DNA of 20,000 bases. It comes from Chiloscyllium plagiosum (taxonomy: Eukaryota). The first letter of the stretch is position 1. Each line of letters begins with the position of its first letter. The notes under the pieces were generated by a model. That model made no database searches. It worked only from the letters and a program-made list of their open reading frames with translations, and was not told the DNA's origin. The stretch spans positions 16,314,339-16,334,338 of the forward strand of contig NC_057718.1 of NCBI RefSeq assembly GCF_004010195.1, in the 5' to 3' direction. Of this stretch, positions 1-9,476 are shown in pieces. The position numbers and the translations under genes were made by a program.

Positions 1-555
1 AGCCCTGAAGACTCATTTCCATTTTATTGAATTGTTTAGGTGTACACATTTTCATTGACTTAAGAAGAAGAGATTGCTTACCATAGGATGGGATTTTATT
101 CTCTATACAGCATAGTTGTGATGAAGAAAGTTGCCTGAAACTTTATATTCCATCTGACCTTTTTTGTGGAACTATTGTGGCTTAGAATTAAAAAAAAACA
201 GTATATATCCTTAAAAGAAAGAACTTTACCCTTTTGAGCACTAAGATTTATACTCTTACTGACTAATTGAATAAAAACATTGTTAATTCAGTAACTTATT
301 CATGTAGCAAATAGTTTTAAGAAATAAAAACAGAAAATGCAGGGAGTACTCAGTTGACAGGCAGGAGGCTGGAAGAGCACAGCAAGCCAGGCAGCATCAG
401 GAGGTGGAGAAGACAATGCTTTCGGGATAACCCTTCTTCCGCAGTGGGACCATTTGGCGCAGCCATTTTGACTTGAGTGATTTGGCGCGGCTGTTTGGCG
501 CAGCCTATTTTGCCACAGGCCCATTTAGGTGCAGAGCTATTTTGGTGCAGATATA

Positions 556-1194
556 AGACCATAAGACATAGGAGCGGAAGTAAGGCCATTCGGCCCATCA
601 AGTCCACTCCGCCATTCAATCATGGCTGATGGGCATTTCAACTCCATTTACCTGCATTCTCCCCGTAGCCCTTAATTCCTTGTGACATCAAGAATTTATC
701 AATTTCTGCCTTGAAGACATTTAGCGTCCCAGCCTCCACTGCACTCTGTGGCAATGAATTCCACAGGCCCACCACTCTCTGGCTGAAGAAATGTCTCTGC
801 ATTTCTATTCTGGATTTACCCCCTCTAATTCTAAGGCTGTGTCCACGTGTCCTAGTCTCCTCGCCTAACGGAAACAATTTCCTAGCGTCCACCCTCTCCA
901 AGTCATGTATTATCTTGTAAGTTTCTATTAGATCTCCCCTTAATCTTCTAAACTCCAATGAATACAATCCCAGGATCCTCAGCCATTCCTCATATGTTAG
1001 AGCTACCATTCCAGGGATCATCTGTGTGAATCTCCGTTGGACACGCTCCAATGCCAGTATGTCCTTCCTGAGGTGTGGGGACCAAAACTGGACACAGTAC
1101 TCCAAATGGGGCCTAACCAGAGCTTTATAAAGTCTCAGTAGCACAACGGAGCTTTTATATTCCAACCCTTTTGAGATAAATGACAACCCTCTTG
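556..1194 (-). mobile_element. 5'-truncated CR1-type LINE (ORF2 C-terminus, 3' UTR, tail) inserted in the left MULE TIR
   Basis: Uninterrupted ORF 638-1186 with LYKALVRPHLEYCVQFWSP...RRLRGDLIETYKI...FFSQRVVGLWNSLP. The tail reads cctatgtcttatggtctt on the minus strand. AGATATA is repeated at 549-555 and 1195-1201 (TSD or microhomology). Confidence 0.92.
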
Positions 1195-1384
1195 AGATAT
1201 ACGGTAGTCATCAACGAAAATCAACATAATAGTAGAATTATTAAATGGGTAGTTTCCAGTAGTTTGTCGTTATTTGTGTATTAACTGCATTTAGTCTGTG
1301 ATTAGTCCACTCCTAACCGTGGTTCCTCAAAATTTCTAAAAGAAAAGAAAATATAACCCATTAAATTCCCTGAATTTCTTTAAT

Positions 1385-1920
1385 TTCAACGGAATATCGT
1401 GCCCTGCTACGAGATGTACAAGTTCAAAGTCACAGTTGATAATATCAGGGCGGCATTCAGGCTATATTTCCAGAACCATTTCAAATAATTTATCATATGT
1501 TGTTCATAACTTATTTGGGAGTAAAGCTTACAACAGTGGGAACACACCTTTATGTGTTTCCCCTAAAGTAACATGAACTTGTGAAAATAGAGGTGGGGAA
1601 ATTTTGAATGTTCCATCAACATATAACTTTTTTGATTGTTTCAGAAACTCGGCATTCCTTTTTTTTCCAAATATCAGAATTCTGCAGGTGGTGCTAGTAA
1701 AAGTTGTTCTTCATTATATTCATTAACCGAATATGTTTTAAAGCTATCTGGAATTAAAAGTTCTTCTAAATTTCTTGGATTTACTGGGTAAGCAGCAATT
1801 TCTTTCCTTGTCCTACGAACCATTTTCTTCAGCACTCTGTTGTTAGGCATCGATCCTTGGCAAGCTTCCGACAAATTTTCTAGGCATTCGTTAATCACTT
1901 GTAAAGTTCCCTCTACAGTT
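1385..1920 (-). pseudogene. MULE DDE transposase remnant (stops, frameshift, deletions)
   Basis: Minus-strand translation RILIFGKKRNAEFLKQSKKLYVDGTFKISPPLFSQVHV...VFPLL*ALLPNKL*TTYDKLFEMVLEI*PECRPDIINCDFEL contains the MULE DGTF, ALLPxK...TY and DFE motifs. ORF 1674-1898 (LKKMVRRTR...PVNPRNLEELLIP...EQLLLA) is the preceding segment in another frame. Confidence 0.85.
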
Positions 1921-2960
1921 GTTTTTCTTTGATGACTAGTTATTTTAATAATAGCTACAAACTACTGGAAACTACCCATTTAATAATTCTACTATTATGT
2001 TGATTTTTGTTGATGACTACCGTATAACTGCGCCAAAATAGTTCTGCGCCTAAGTGGGTCTGCGGCAAAATAGGCTGCACCAAACAGGCCACGCCAAATC
2101 ACTCGCGCCAAATCACTCGCGCCAAAATGGCTGCGCCAAATGGTCCTAAATCCCCCTTCTTCAAGACTGGGTGTAGGGGTGAGGGGAGCTGCAGATCAAG
2201 GGTATGGGGATGTGTTTGGATGGGGAGAGGGACGGAGTGGTGAGGTAGTGATAGGTGAACGCAGATAAAGAATGTGGCCTGGTTGGTCAATGGAAGGAAT
2301 GAATTCAGTTTGTGGCTGGAAGGAACGGTAAGTGGAATGGAAAGGAGGAGAAGGGGCTGGAAAGGGAGTTGGGGATGAGAAGGGGGGTTACTTGAAATTG
2401 GAGAACTCAGTTTTCAGTTCACTGGGCTGCAGGCTACCCAGGTTCCTGCAGTAAACAGCAGTAAAAGTTAGAAAGCTACTGAGTACTCCAATTTCCAGTC
2501 TGATTCACTCTGGCAATGGAGGAGGCCGAGGACGGTCATGTCGGAGATGGAGTGGGAAGGGGAATTGAAACGAGCAGTGACTGGGAAGTCAGGTTGGCCC
2601 TTGCATGCCCAGCTGAGGTGCTCTGCGAAATGTGCCCTTAGTTTACGTTTGGTCTCACCAATGTAGAGAAGACCATGTCAGGAGCACCAGACACAGTAAG
2701 CTAGTAGTACTCAGTAGCTTTCTAACTTTTACTGCTGTTTAAGACTTGAGCTTCAGAATTTCTGACACACTTCCTGGACGTGCAGAGTGGAACAGTTACT
2801 ATAATATCTATTATTTAGTTTCCAACGCAATTCAGGTGATCTTCAATTAGTGACAAAATAGACCATTTTATGTTAATTCCAAACTCTGAAACCAATAATA
2901 ATACTAGGATAGGTGCTCAAGTTGGCCTCAATTTTCAACGAAATGTTCAGCGCATTTTTG

Positions 2961-3130
2961 AATCATAGATGGCTAAAATATGGAATGGAGACATTTTGGC
3001 TCATCTATTCCAGTACTTCGTAAACGAATGCTCAATTTCTCCACTCCATTCTCTACCTTCCATAAACTTCATTTAGTTCAAATCCATTTTGTTTGTTAAA
3101 TTTGCAATAGATCTGCTCACCCAGCACCCT
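2961..3130 (-). mobile_element. Old, decayed CR1 3' end fragment
   Basis: aatcatagat...ggagacattttggctcatc resembles the reverse complement of the CR1 3' UTR seen in other copies here. Highly diverged, boundaries approximate. Confidence 0.35.
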
Positions 3131-3309
3131 GCACCTGTCAATCTACACTAGTTTCCATTGCTTTGAGTTTGGAACAAGTTGAGTGCCTTTTAACACTATC
3201 CCTGCCCCAAAACAAGTAGTTCTCCTTCCTCAACCTTTGTTTCCACTTCTTTCATTTCATCATTGATGGTCTTCATTTTCACCTAGAAAGAGTGATGTGC
3301 AGCCTCCAT

Positions 3310-3830
3310 CACTGAAGAGTCTGGAGAATACCTGAGATGCAGTTGTTTTTATTGAGATTCGTCCCGAGCAGCTTTGTGATATAGGACTCTGTGCTCAACA
3401 GGATGCGAACTGAGAGACAAACATCCATTGCACTTGGAAGACCATCACCTCAGTGAAAGATGCTCTTTAGTCTGCCTGAAACTTGTTGGTTTTCCAATGC
3501 TAGGCGTTGACCTTGACTGACTGTTGCAGACAGGCATGTTCCAAAATCCAGGACTACATGCTGAGGGACGCACTAAAGCTTGGGGCAGCTGCCGGCAATG
3601 TGCAGTGGGGAAAGACCACTGTCTAAGGTCTTTCTGCCAAAGTATAATGGGGGTCTATTCAGTTGTCAGACCCTCTTGTTGCTTTAGATGTATGTAAACA
3701 GTGTCCTGTGTAAGTAAGAAATGCCTTTGTGTTTTGCATTTGAAGGAAATATCAGATTCCAGTATTAGATTTTTCTTGTTATGCAAAGACTGTACAAACT
3801 GCTTTAGTACCTGTGTATGTATATAAAGAT
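3310..3830 (+). mobile_element. Tx1/L1-clade LINE 3' fragment (ORF2 C-terminus and 3' UTR)
   Basis: Reads ...WKTITSVKDAL*SA*NLLVFQ...KIQDYMLRDALKLGAAAGNVQWGKTTV* (stop 3624-3626), resembling a recalled Tx1-like ORF2 C-terminus, followed by a TG/AT-rich UTR. Confidence 0.55.
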
Positions 3831-3869
3831 TTTACATTATTGCAATTAGAAAAGTGACCTGCAGTCAAT

Positions 3870-5320
3870 TCTTGTTGAAAAGCAACAAGTGACATCACAG
3901 GAAGTCTGTAATTTATTGGCTGGTGTTGGAAAGGGAGGAATTGAAAGCAGGGAGGTCAAACCAAACATAAGATCATGACCTGACACGTTCATCAGGACAG
4001 AGCAACAATTAATTGGTTGAAACTTATTCTGTTCTCAAGTTTTAATATAACTTTACCACCAGTGTGTATACTAATACATAAAAAACAACACAACTGGTTA
4101 TCTATATTATTCATTTGTTTATTTAAAAGCTCATTAAGAATGGCAGTACAGATGGTGTGTCAAAACACTAGCTCTGTGTATGTGCCAGGACAGATATATC
4201 TATGGTACATGTTTTGTGTTTGAGCAGCTTCAGTTCAGAGTTTATGAGCTGGATATTGAACTACAGACATTGCAATGCTTCGGGGAGGGGTGCGGTTACC
4301 TGGATTCCTTGTACCGGGGTCAGTTGGGCGTCTAAGGATAGTATATTCTGATACGGTCAGTAGCCAGGGACAGGACAGCATGACTACACCTGAAGTAGAT
4401 AAGGGAATCCAGATGACAGGTTGTCAGCCTATACAATTGTTCGCAGGTTTGAGGTCCTCTCAACCTGTTTGACTGAGAGTAGAGGTTGCAGGATGAATGA
4501 GCAAAATGGCCATGGCACTGTGCTATATCCAAGTGAGGAGGGCTAAAAAGAATGTAATGGTGGAAGGGATACTTGTCAAGGGGATTGACACTGTTCCCTA
4601 CAACAAAGAGCATGAGTCCAGATGGCTGTGTTGTTTGCATAGTACAAGGGGTTCCATCACTGGGGAGGAGAAGAACTTACTGTGGGAGAGGGAGGATCTA
4701 GTTCATGTCAGCACTAAAGGTATAGCTAGAATTAGGGAAGAGGTTCTGCACGGTAAGTTGAGGAGCGAGGCACCAAATTAAAAAGCAGAAACTCAAATTA
4801 ATAATACTTGGATTATTAACCGAGCCATGTGCAAATTGACGTAGAATAAACAAGGTTAGGGAGATGAATGCACGGCTGAAAGACTGGTGTTGGTGAAGTC
4901 GATTCTTCTTCATAGGGCTCTGGCACCTATACTGGGAAAAGTGGAATCTGTATTCGTGGGATGGTCTACATCTGGACTGTACTGGAACTGGTGTACTTGT
5001 GAACTGCATAACTAAGAAAGTAGAGTTAGTTTTAAAATTAATAGTGGGGACAAGGGCACAAATTTGGGAAGTTGTGGTGAATTAAAGAGTATAAAAAATG
5101 AAAGAGAAACGAATGAATGTGGAAAATGAGAAACTGACAATGACAGGAAGGGATTGAGATGTAGATCTAAGAGCAGATCAACTAGAAAATGCAAAAATAA
5201 TAAAAGGACAAAATGTAAGGCATTGCATTTGAATACATGCATCATTTGAAACAAAACAGATGAACTAATCGTACAAATTAAGATAAATAAGTACAATCAA
5301 GTGACCATAACTGTGACACA
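3870..5320 (+). mobile_element. Old decayed CR1 5' part (5' UTR, ORF1 zinc-finger and esterase remnants, start of ORF2 endonuclease)
   Basis: VMVEGILVKGIDTV...SRWLCCL and later dglhld.tgt motifs align with the ORF1 esterase of the 7.5 kb and 18.7 kb copies. About 5217-5318 reads KALHLNTCII*NKTDELIVQIKINKYNQVTITVT, a degenerate version of xNARS..NK.DEL...YD.IAITET. Confidence 0.7.
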
Positions 5321-5474
5321 TGCAGCTTATGTTGGCAACAAGAGTTGATTAGTCAAAGGACTAGTGACAAGTTATTTATAATGGAGATCTTTTGCTTCCC
5401 AACAACTGTGTGATTGTTTCTCAGGTAACTGAACAGCTTGGAGCTGGGAACAGGTTAGAGAGAGAGAGGCATTC

Positions 5475-5611
5475 TAAAGAAGGGTCACAGCACTCAAAAT
5501 ATTGACTCTGCTTTTTCTCCACAGATGTTGCCAGACCTGCTGAGTTTCTCCAGCAATTATTGCTTTTTGTTTCAGAGTTCTGGCATCCACAGTTCATTGT
5601 TTTTTGATGAT
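5475..5611 (+). mobile_element. Short Penelope-like 3' tail insertion with a 10-bp TSD
   Basis: AGAGGCATTC at 5465-5474 and 5612-5621 flanks gaagggtca...cagatgttgccagacctgctgagtttctccagc...gcatccacagttcattgttttt, which is homologous to 12620-12712 and 9351-9474. Confidence 0.7.
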
Positions 5612-5924
5612 AGAGGCATTCAGTTCTTCAACTCAAGAGCAGTCACTCTAAGACTACAGTTAAAACTAACTTTAAACCTGAAAAATTGCCTGCAACAGTT
5701 ATAATAAGCTGTGACTTTTAACTGTGAAGTGAACCTTTTATAAGTAAACCAGGCACCTTGTGTCTTTTAGCAACTGGTGGAAGCAACTGGAGAAAGACAA
5801 CTGAAGCAACAAGCTGGCCAGCAGAAGTGTCATAACAATTATTTCAGCAACAGAACCTGGGCACAAACACTGCTGAATTGTTTTTTGAGGATTTTTCCCC
5901 TCTGCCCAGTAACTTATTGTTTTT

Positions 5925-6241
5925 AGAATCCCTACAGCGTGGAAACAGGCTCTTCGGCCTTACAAGTCCACACGGACCCTCTGAAGAGTATCCCACCCAA
6001 ATCCATTCCCCATGACTCTACATTTACCCCTAACCTACATATCCTTGAACACTATGGGCAATTTTGCATGGCCAATTCACCTAATCTGCATATCTTTGGA
6101 TTGTGGGAGGAAACCGGAGCACCTGGAGGAAACCCACGCAAACATGGGGAGAATGTGCAAACTCCACACAGACAGTCGCTTGAGGCGGGAATCAAACCCG
6201 GGTCCCTGACTCTGAGAGGCTGCAATGCTCACCGTGCTGCC
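5925..6241 (-). mobile_element. tRNA-derived SINE, HE1/V-SINE type, with a CR1-derived tail
   Basis: Minus strand: ggcagcacggtgagcatt...gacccgggtttgattcc (B-box-like), central tgtgtggagtttgcacattctcccc...gggtttcctccaggtgctccggtttcctccca, and tail ggccgaagagcctgtttccacgctgtagggattcta, which is similar to the CR1 3' end at 10955-10990. Confidence 0.88.
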
Positions 6242-6242
6242 C

Positions 6243-6281
6243 GTGTGTGTGTGTGTGTGTGTGTGTTTGTGTGTGTGTGTG
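6243..6281. repeat. (GT)n microsatellite
   Basis: About 19 GT units with one interruption, read directly. Confidence 0.95.
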
Positions 6282-6450
6282 AATTAGTAGTTATATGCCA
6301 TTGGTTTATAACTTTTATGATAAGTTAAAGGTTTATGAAATACTAAGACTTTAAGGTTGTAAAAATGGGTGGTAAGAATGAATGGATACATCTCTTGTGC
6401 ATTTCTGAAATCATGTTTCATTTTTCTTCAAGAAATAGACATATAAAAAT

Positions 6451-7488
6451 TGTGACTGAAATGAGAAATAAACTTTAAGATTAGTGTTTTACAATGTGGC
6501 TGTATGTTTTGAAAGCAAGAACCCTGACACCTATACAAGTACAATGAAAACAACTATTTGAACAAGCAGCAATCGAAGTTTGAATTCCAGATAATTTGGA
6601 GCCATGGGGATGTACTAATGCAGCTTTTGTTGGCGAGAAGAAGTTAATTAGTCTGTGGACTAATGACGAGTTATTTATGATGGAGGTCTTTTGTCTGCCT
6701 TCAATTGTATGATTGGTTCTCAGGTAACTGAACAGCTTGGAGCCGGGAAGGTTACATAAAGAGTGAGAGAGAGAAATGCTCTGTACTTCCCTAGTGTCTC
6801 TATTCCTTGCAGTCAAAACTAGCTATATAACTAAAGAAAACCAGTTTATCTTTTCTGGAACAGTTGTTGTAAGCTTTAACTTTTAACTGATAAGTCAAAA
6901 ACCTTTTATAAATAAACTAGCCACCATGTATCTCTTTACTCGTCAGTGGAAACATAGAGAATGATGACTGGAACAACAGGCTGGCTAGTGGAAGAGTCAG
7001 TAACAGAACCTTGGCACAAAGATGACTGAAATGTCTTTTGTCTTTTCATGATGTAGAGGTGCTGGTGTTTGTTCAATATATCACATCAGCTGTATGGCAC
7101 TATGATTTTTTGCTATAAATTCTGTGCCCTATGATCCTACTCCACTTGCTACCTGACAAAGGAGTAGCTCTCCGAAAGCTTCTCTTTCCAGGTTTTGTCC
7201 CCTTTACCCAATGAACTAGTGTGTGTGTGTAAAATGGAGGAGTTTTAAAAGGATTAGTAATATATTAATATATGCCAATGGTTTATAGCTATTTACCTGT
7301 AACTACAATCTACCTACTTGTAATAGTCATTCTTGTTCTGTACAGCAACCTGATTCGTGCTTTCTATCACCCTGGGTCCAAGCGTCAGGTAAATTGGGAA
7401 ACTGCATAATTATAGAATATATAACTTCTGAAATGACTCTGGGAATAGTGGAGCTCAATTTCCAGCACGCTATCCTAGAGTTGTAACA
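6451..7488 (+). mobile_element. Putative solo LTR (copy 2 of the LTR-like repeat)
   Basis: Starts TGTGAC and ends TGTAACA. Flanks AAAAT and AGAAT match at 4 of 5 bases (possible TSD). Non-coding and homologous to 5321-6315. Boundaries are inferred. Confidence 0.45.
7065..7190 (+). mobile_element. Penelope-like tail fragment of a second family, with a hammerhead-like core
   Basis: cCTGAcaaaGGAGtagctCTCCGAAAgc at 7152-7179 is a degenerate CUGANGA, stem II (GGAG/CTCC) and GAAA. The segment is absent from LTR copy 1. Confidence 0.5.
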
Positions 7489-9276
7489 AGAATCCTGAGA
7501 GGAGTTTAAAGAGAGTTTAAGGGTTACTGCGGATTATATCTGTCATAAATGCTGCTGGCTGCAAATCTTAACAGATCGATGGATCAGATAGAGAGACAGT
7601 TAGAAGCAATGAGGAATTTTCAACAGCAACAGTATGTGATGGATGGCAGTTATAGGAAGGGGAGAAAGTCTCAGATACAGTGACATAAATGGGTTAACTC
7701 CAGGAAAGGTAAGAGAGGTAGGCAGCTAGTGCAGGAGTCTTTTATGGATATACCCATTTCAAACAGGTATGCTGTTTAGGATAATGTAGGGGGTGATGGA
7801 TTCTCAGGGGAACGTAGCACGAACAACCATGTTTCAGGTATGGAGACTGGCTCTAATGCAATGAGGGTTATGTCAGGTTCCAAGAGATCAATTGTGTTAG
7901 AGGGTTCTCTAGTCCGAGGTACAGACAGAAGTCTCTATGGCCAGCAGCGAAAAAACAGAATGGTGTGCTGTTTCCCTGGTGCGAGGATCAAAGATGTCTC
8001 AGAGAGGGTGCAGTATATTCGCAAGGGGGAGAGGGGGCAGCAAGAGGTCATTGTCCACATTGGAACTAACGACATAGGAAGGGAAAAAGTTCAGATTCTG
8101 AAGGGAGATTACAGAGTTAGGCAGAAATTTAAAAAGGAGGTCCTCGAAAATAGTAATATCTGGATTACTCCTGGTGCTACGAGCTAATGAGGGCAGGAAT
8201 AAGGGGATAGGGCGGATGAATGCATGGCTGAGGAGCTGGTATATGGGGGAATGATTCACATTTTTGGACCATTGGAATCTCTTTTGGGGTAGAAGTGAGC
8301 TGTACAAGAAGGACGGATTGCACCTAAATTGGAAGGGGACTAATATACTGGCAGGGAAATTTGCTAGAGCCGCTCGGCAGGATTTAAACTAGTATGGGGG
8401 GGGGGGGGAGGTGGGACCCAGGGAGATAATGAGGAAAGAGATCAATCTGAGACTGGTACAGTTGAGAACAGAAGCGAGTCAAGCAGTCAGGGCACTCAGG
8501 GACAAGGTAGCACTAATAAATTAAACTGCATTTATTTCAATGCAAGAGGCTTAACAGGGAAGGCAGATGAACTCAGGGCATGGTTAGGAACATGGGACTG
8601 GGATATCATAGCAATTCCAGAAACATGGCTCAGGGATGGGCAGAACTGGCATCTGAATGTTCCAGGATACAAATGCTACAGGAAGGATAGAAAGGGAGGG
8701 CAAAACTTGACTTACTCTTGGGAAATAAGGCAGGGCAGGTGACTGAGGTGTCAGTGGGGGAGCACTTTGGGGCCAGCGACCATAATTCTACTCGTTTTAA
8801 AATAATGATGGAAAAGGGTAGACCAGATCTAAAAGTTGAAGTTCTAAATTGGAGTTGGCCAATTTTGATGATATTAGGCAAGAACTTTCAAAAGCTGATT
8901 GGAGGCAGATGTTTGCAGGTAAAGGGACAGCTAGAAAATGGCAAACCTTCAGAAATGAGATAACGAGAATCCAGAGAAAGTATATTCCTGTTAGGATGAA
9001 AGGAAAGGTTGGTAGGTATAGGGAATGCTGGATGACTAAAGAAATTGAGGGTTTCCTTAAGAAAAAGAAGGAAGCATATGTAAGGTATAGACAGGATAGA
9101 TCGAGTGAGTCCTTAGAAGAATATAAAGGAAGTATACTTAAAAGGGAAATCAGGATGGCAAAAGGGGACATGAGATAGCTTTAGCAAATAGAATTAAGGA
9201 GAATCCAAAGAGTTTTTACAAATAAATTAAGGACAAAAGGGCAACTAGAGAGAGAGTAGGGCTCCTCAAAGATCAG

Positions 9277-9476
9277 ATTCTGGATTAGTGGCGCTGGAAG
9301 AGCATACCAGTTCAGGCAGCATCCAAGGAGCTTCAAAATCGATGTTATTCCTGATGAAGGGCTTTTGCCCAAAATGTCAATTTCGAAACTCCTTGGATGC
9401 TGCCTGAACTGCTGTGCTCTTCCAGCACCACTAATCCAGAATCTGGTTTCCAGCATCTGCAGTCATTGTTTTTTCC
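9277..9476 (+). mobile_element. Palindromic Penelope-derived insertion (inverted tail plus tail) with a 13-bp TSD, inside CR1 ORF2
   Basis: CCTCAAAGATCAG at 9264-9276 and 9477-9489. Inverted arms at about 9274-9346 and 9372-9445. The centre is CTGATGAaGGGCttttGCCCaaaa. Confidence 0.85.

Larger units (their letters stand above)
440..2153 (-). mobile_element. Mutator-like (MULE/MuDR) DNA transposon, internally deleted and non-autonomous
   Basis: Perfect 9-bp direct repeat CCCTTCTTC at 431-439 and 2154-2162. Long TIRs: left about 447-555 plus 1197-1267, right about 1957-2146. Contains a transposase remnant on the minus strand. Confidence 0.88.
322..2700 (-). mobile_element. Penelope-like retroelement 3' fragment (GIY-YIG endonuclease remnant, 3' UTR and tail), split by the MULE at 440-2153
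   Basis: The reverse complement of about 2488-2700 reads YCVWCS*HGLLYIGETKRKLRAHFAEH...HSISDMTVLGLLHCQSE, and about 2388-2443 reads LGSLQPSELKTEFSNFK*. A pyrimidine-rich UTR follows on the minus strand, then the tail ...gaagaagggttatcccgaaagc...tgatgctgcctggcttgctgtgctcttccagc (439 to 322). Confidence 0.75.
5321..6315 (+). repeat. LTR-like repeat, copy 1 (partial), carrying a Penelope-tail insertion and a SINE insertion
   Basis: Colinear similarity to 6619-7290: ttctcaggtaactgaacagcttggagc (about 5418 and 6717), acttttaactg...aacctttt...ata, aacagaacct.ggcacaaa and atatgcca.tggtttata. Confidence 0.6.

Noticed and set aside
300..619. Minus-strand ORFs of 74 and 89 aa
   Set aside because: They cross the CR1 tail, MULE TIR and Penelope tail junctions, so they are chance frames.
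6170..6241. tRNA gene
   Set aside because: It is the tRNA-derived SINE head, with a damaged A-box region and no full cloverleaf.
5939..6328. 129-aa and 65-aa ORFs
   Set aside because: Antisense translations of the SINE and the GT microsatellite.
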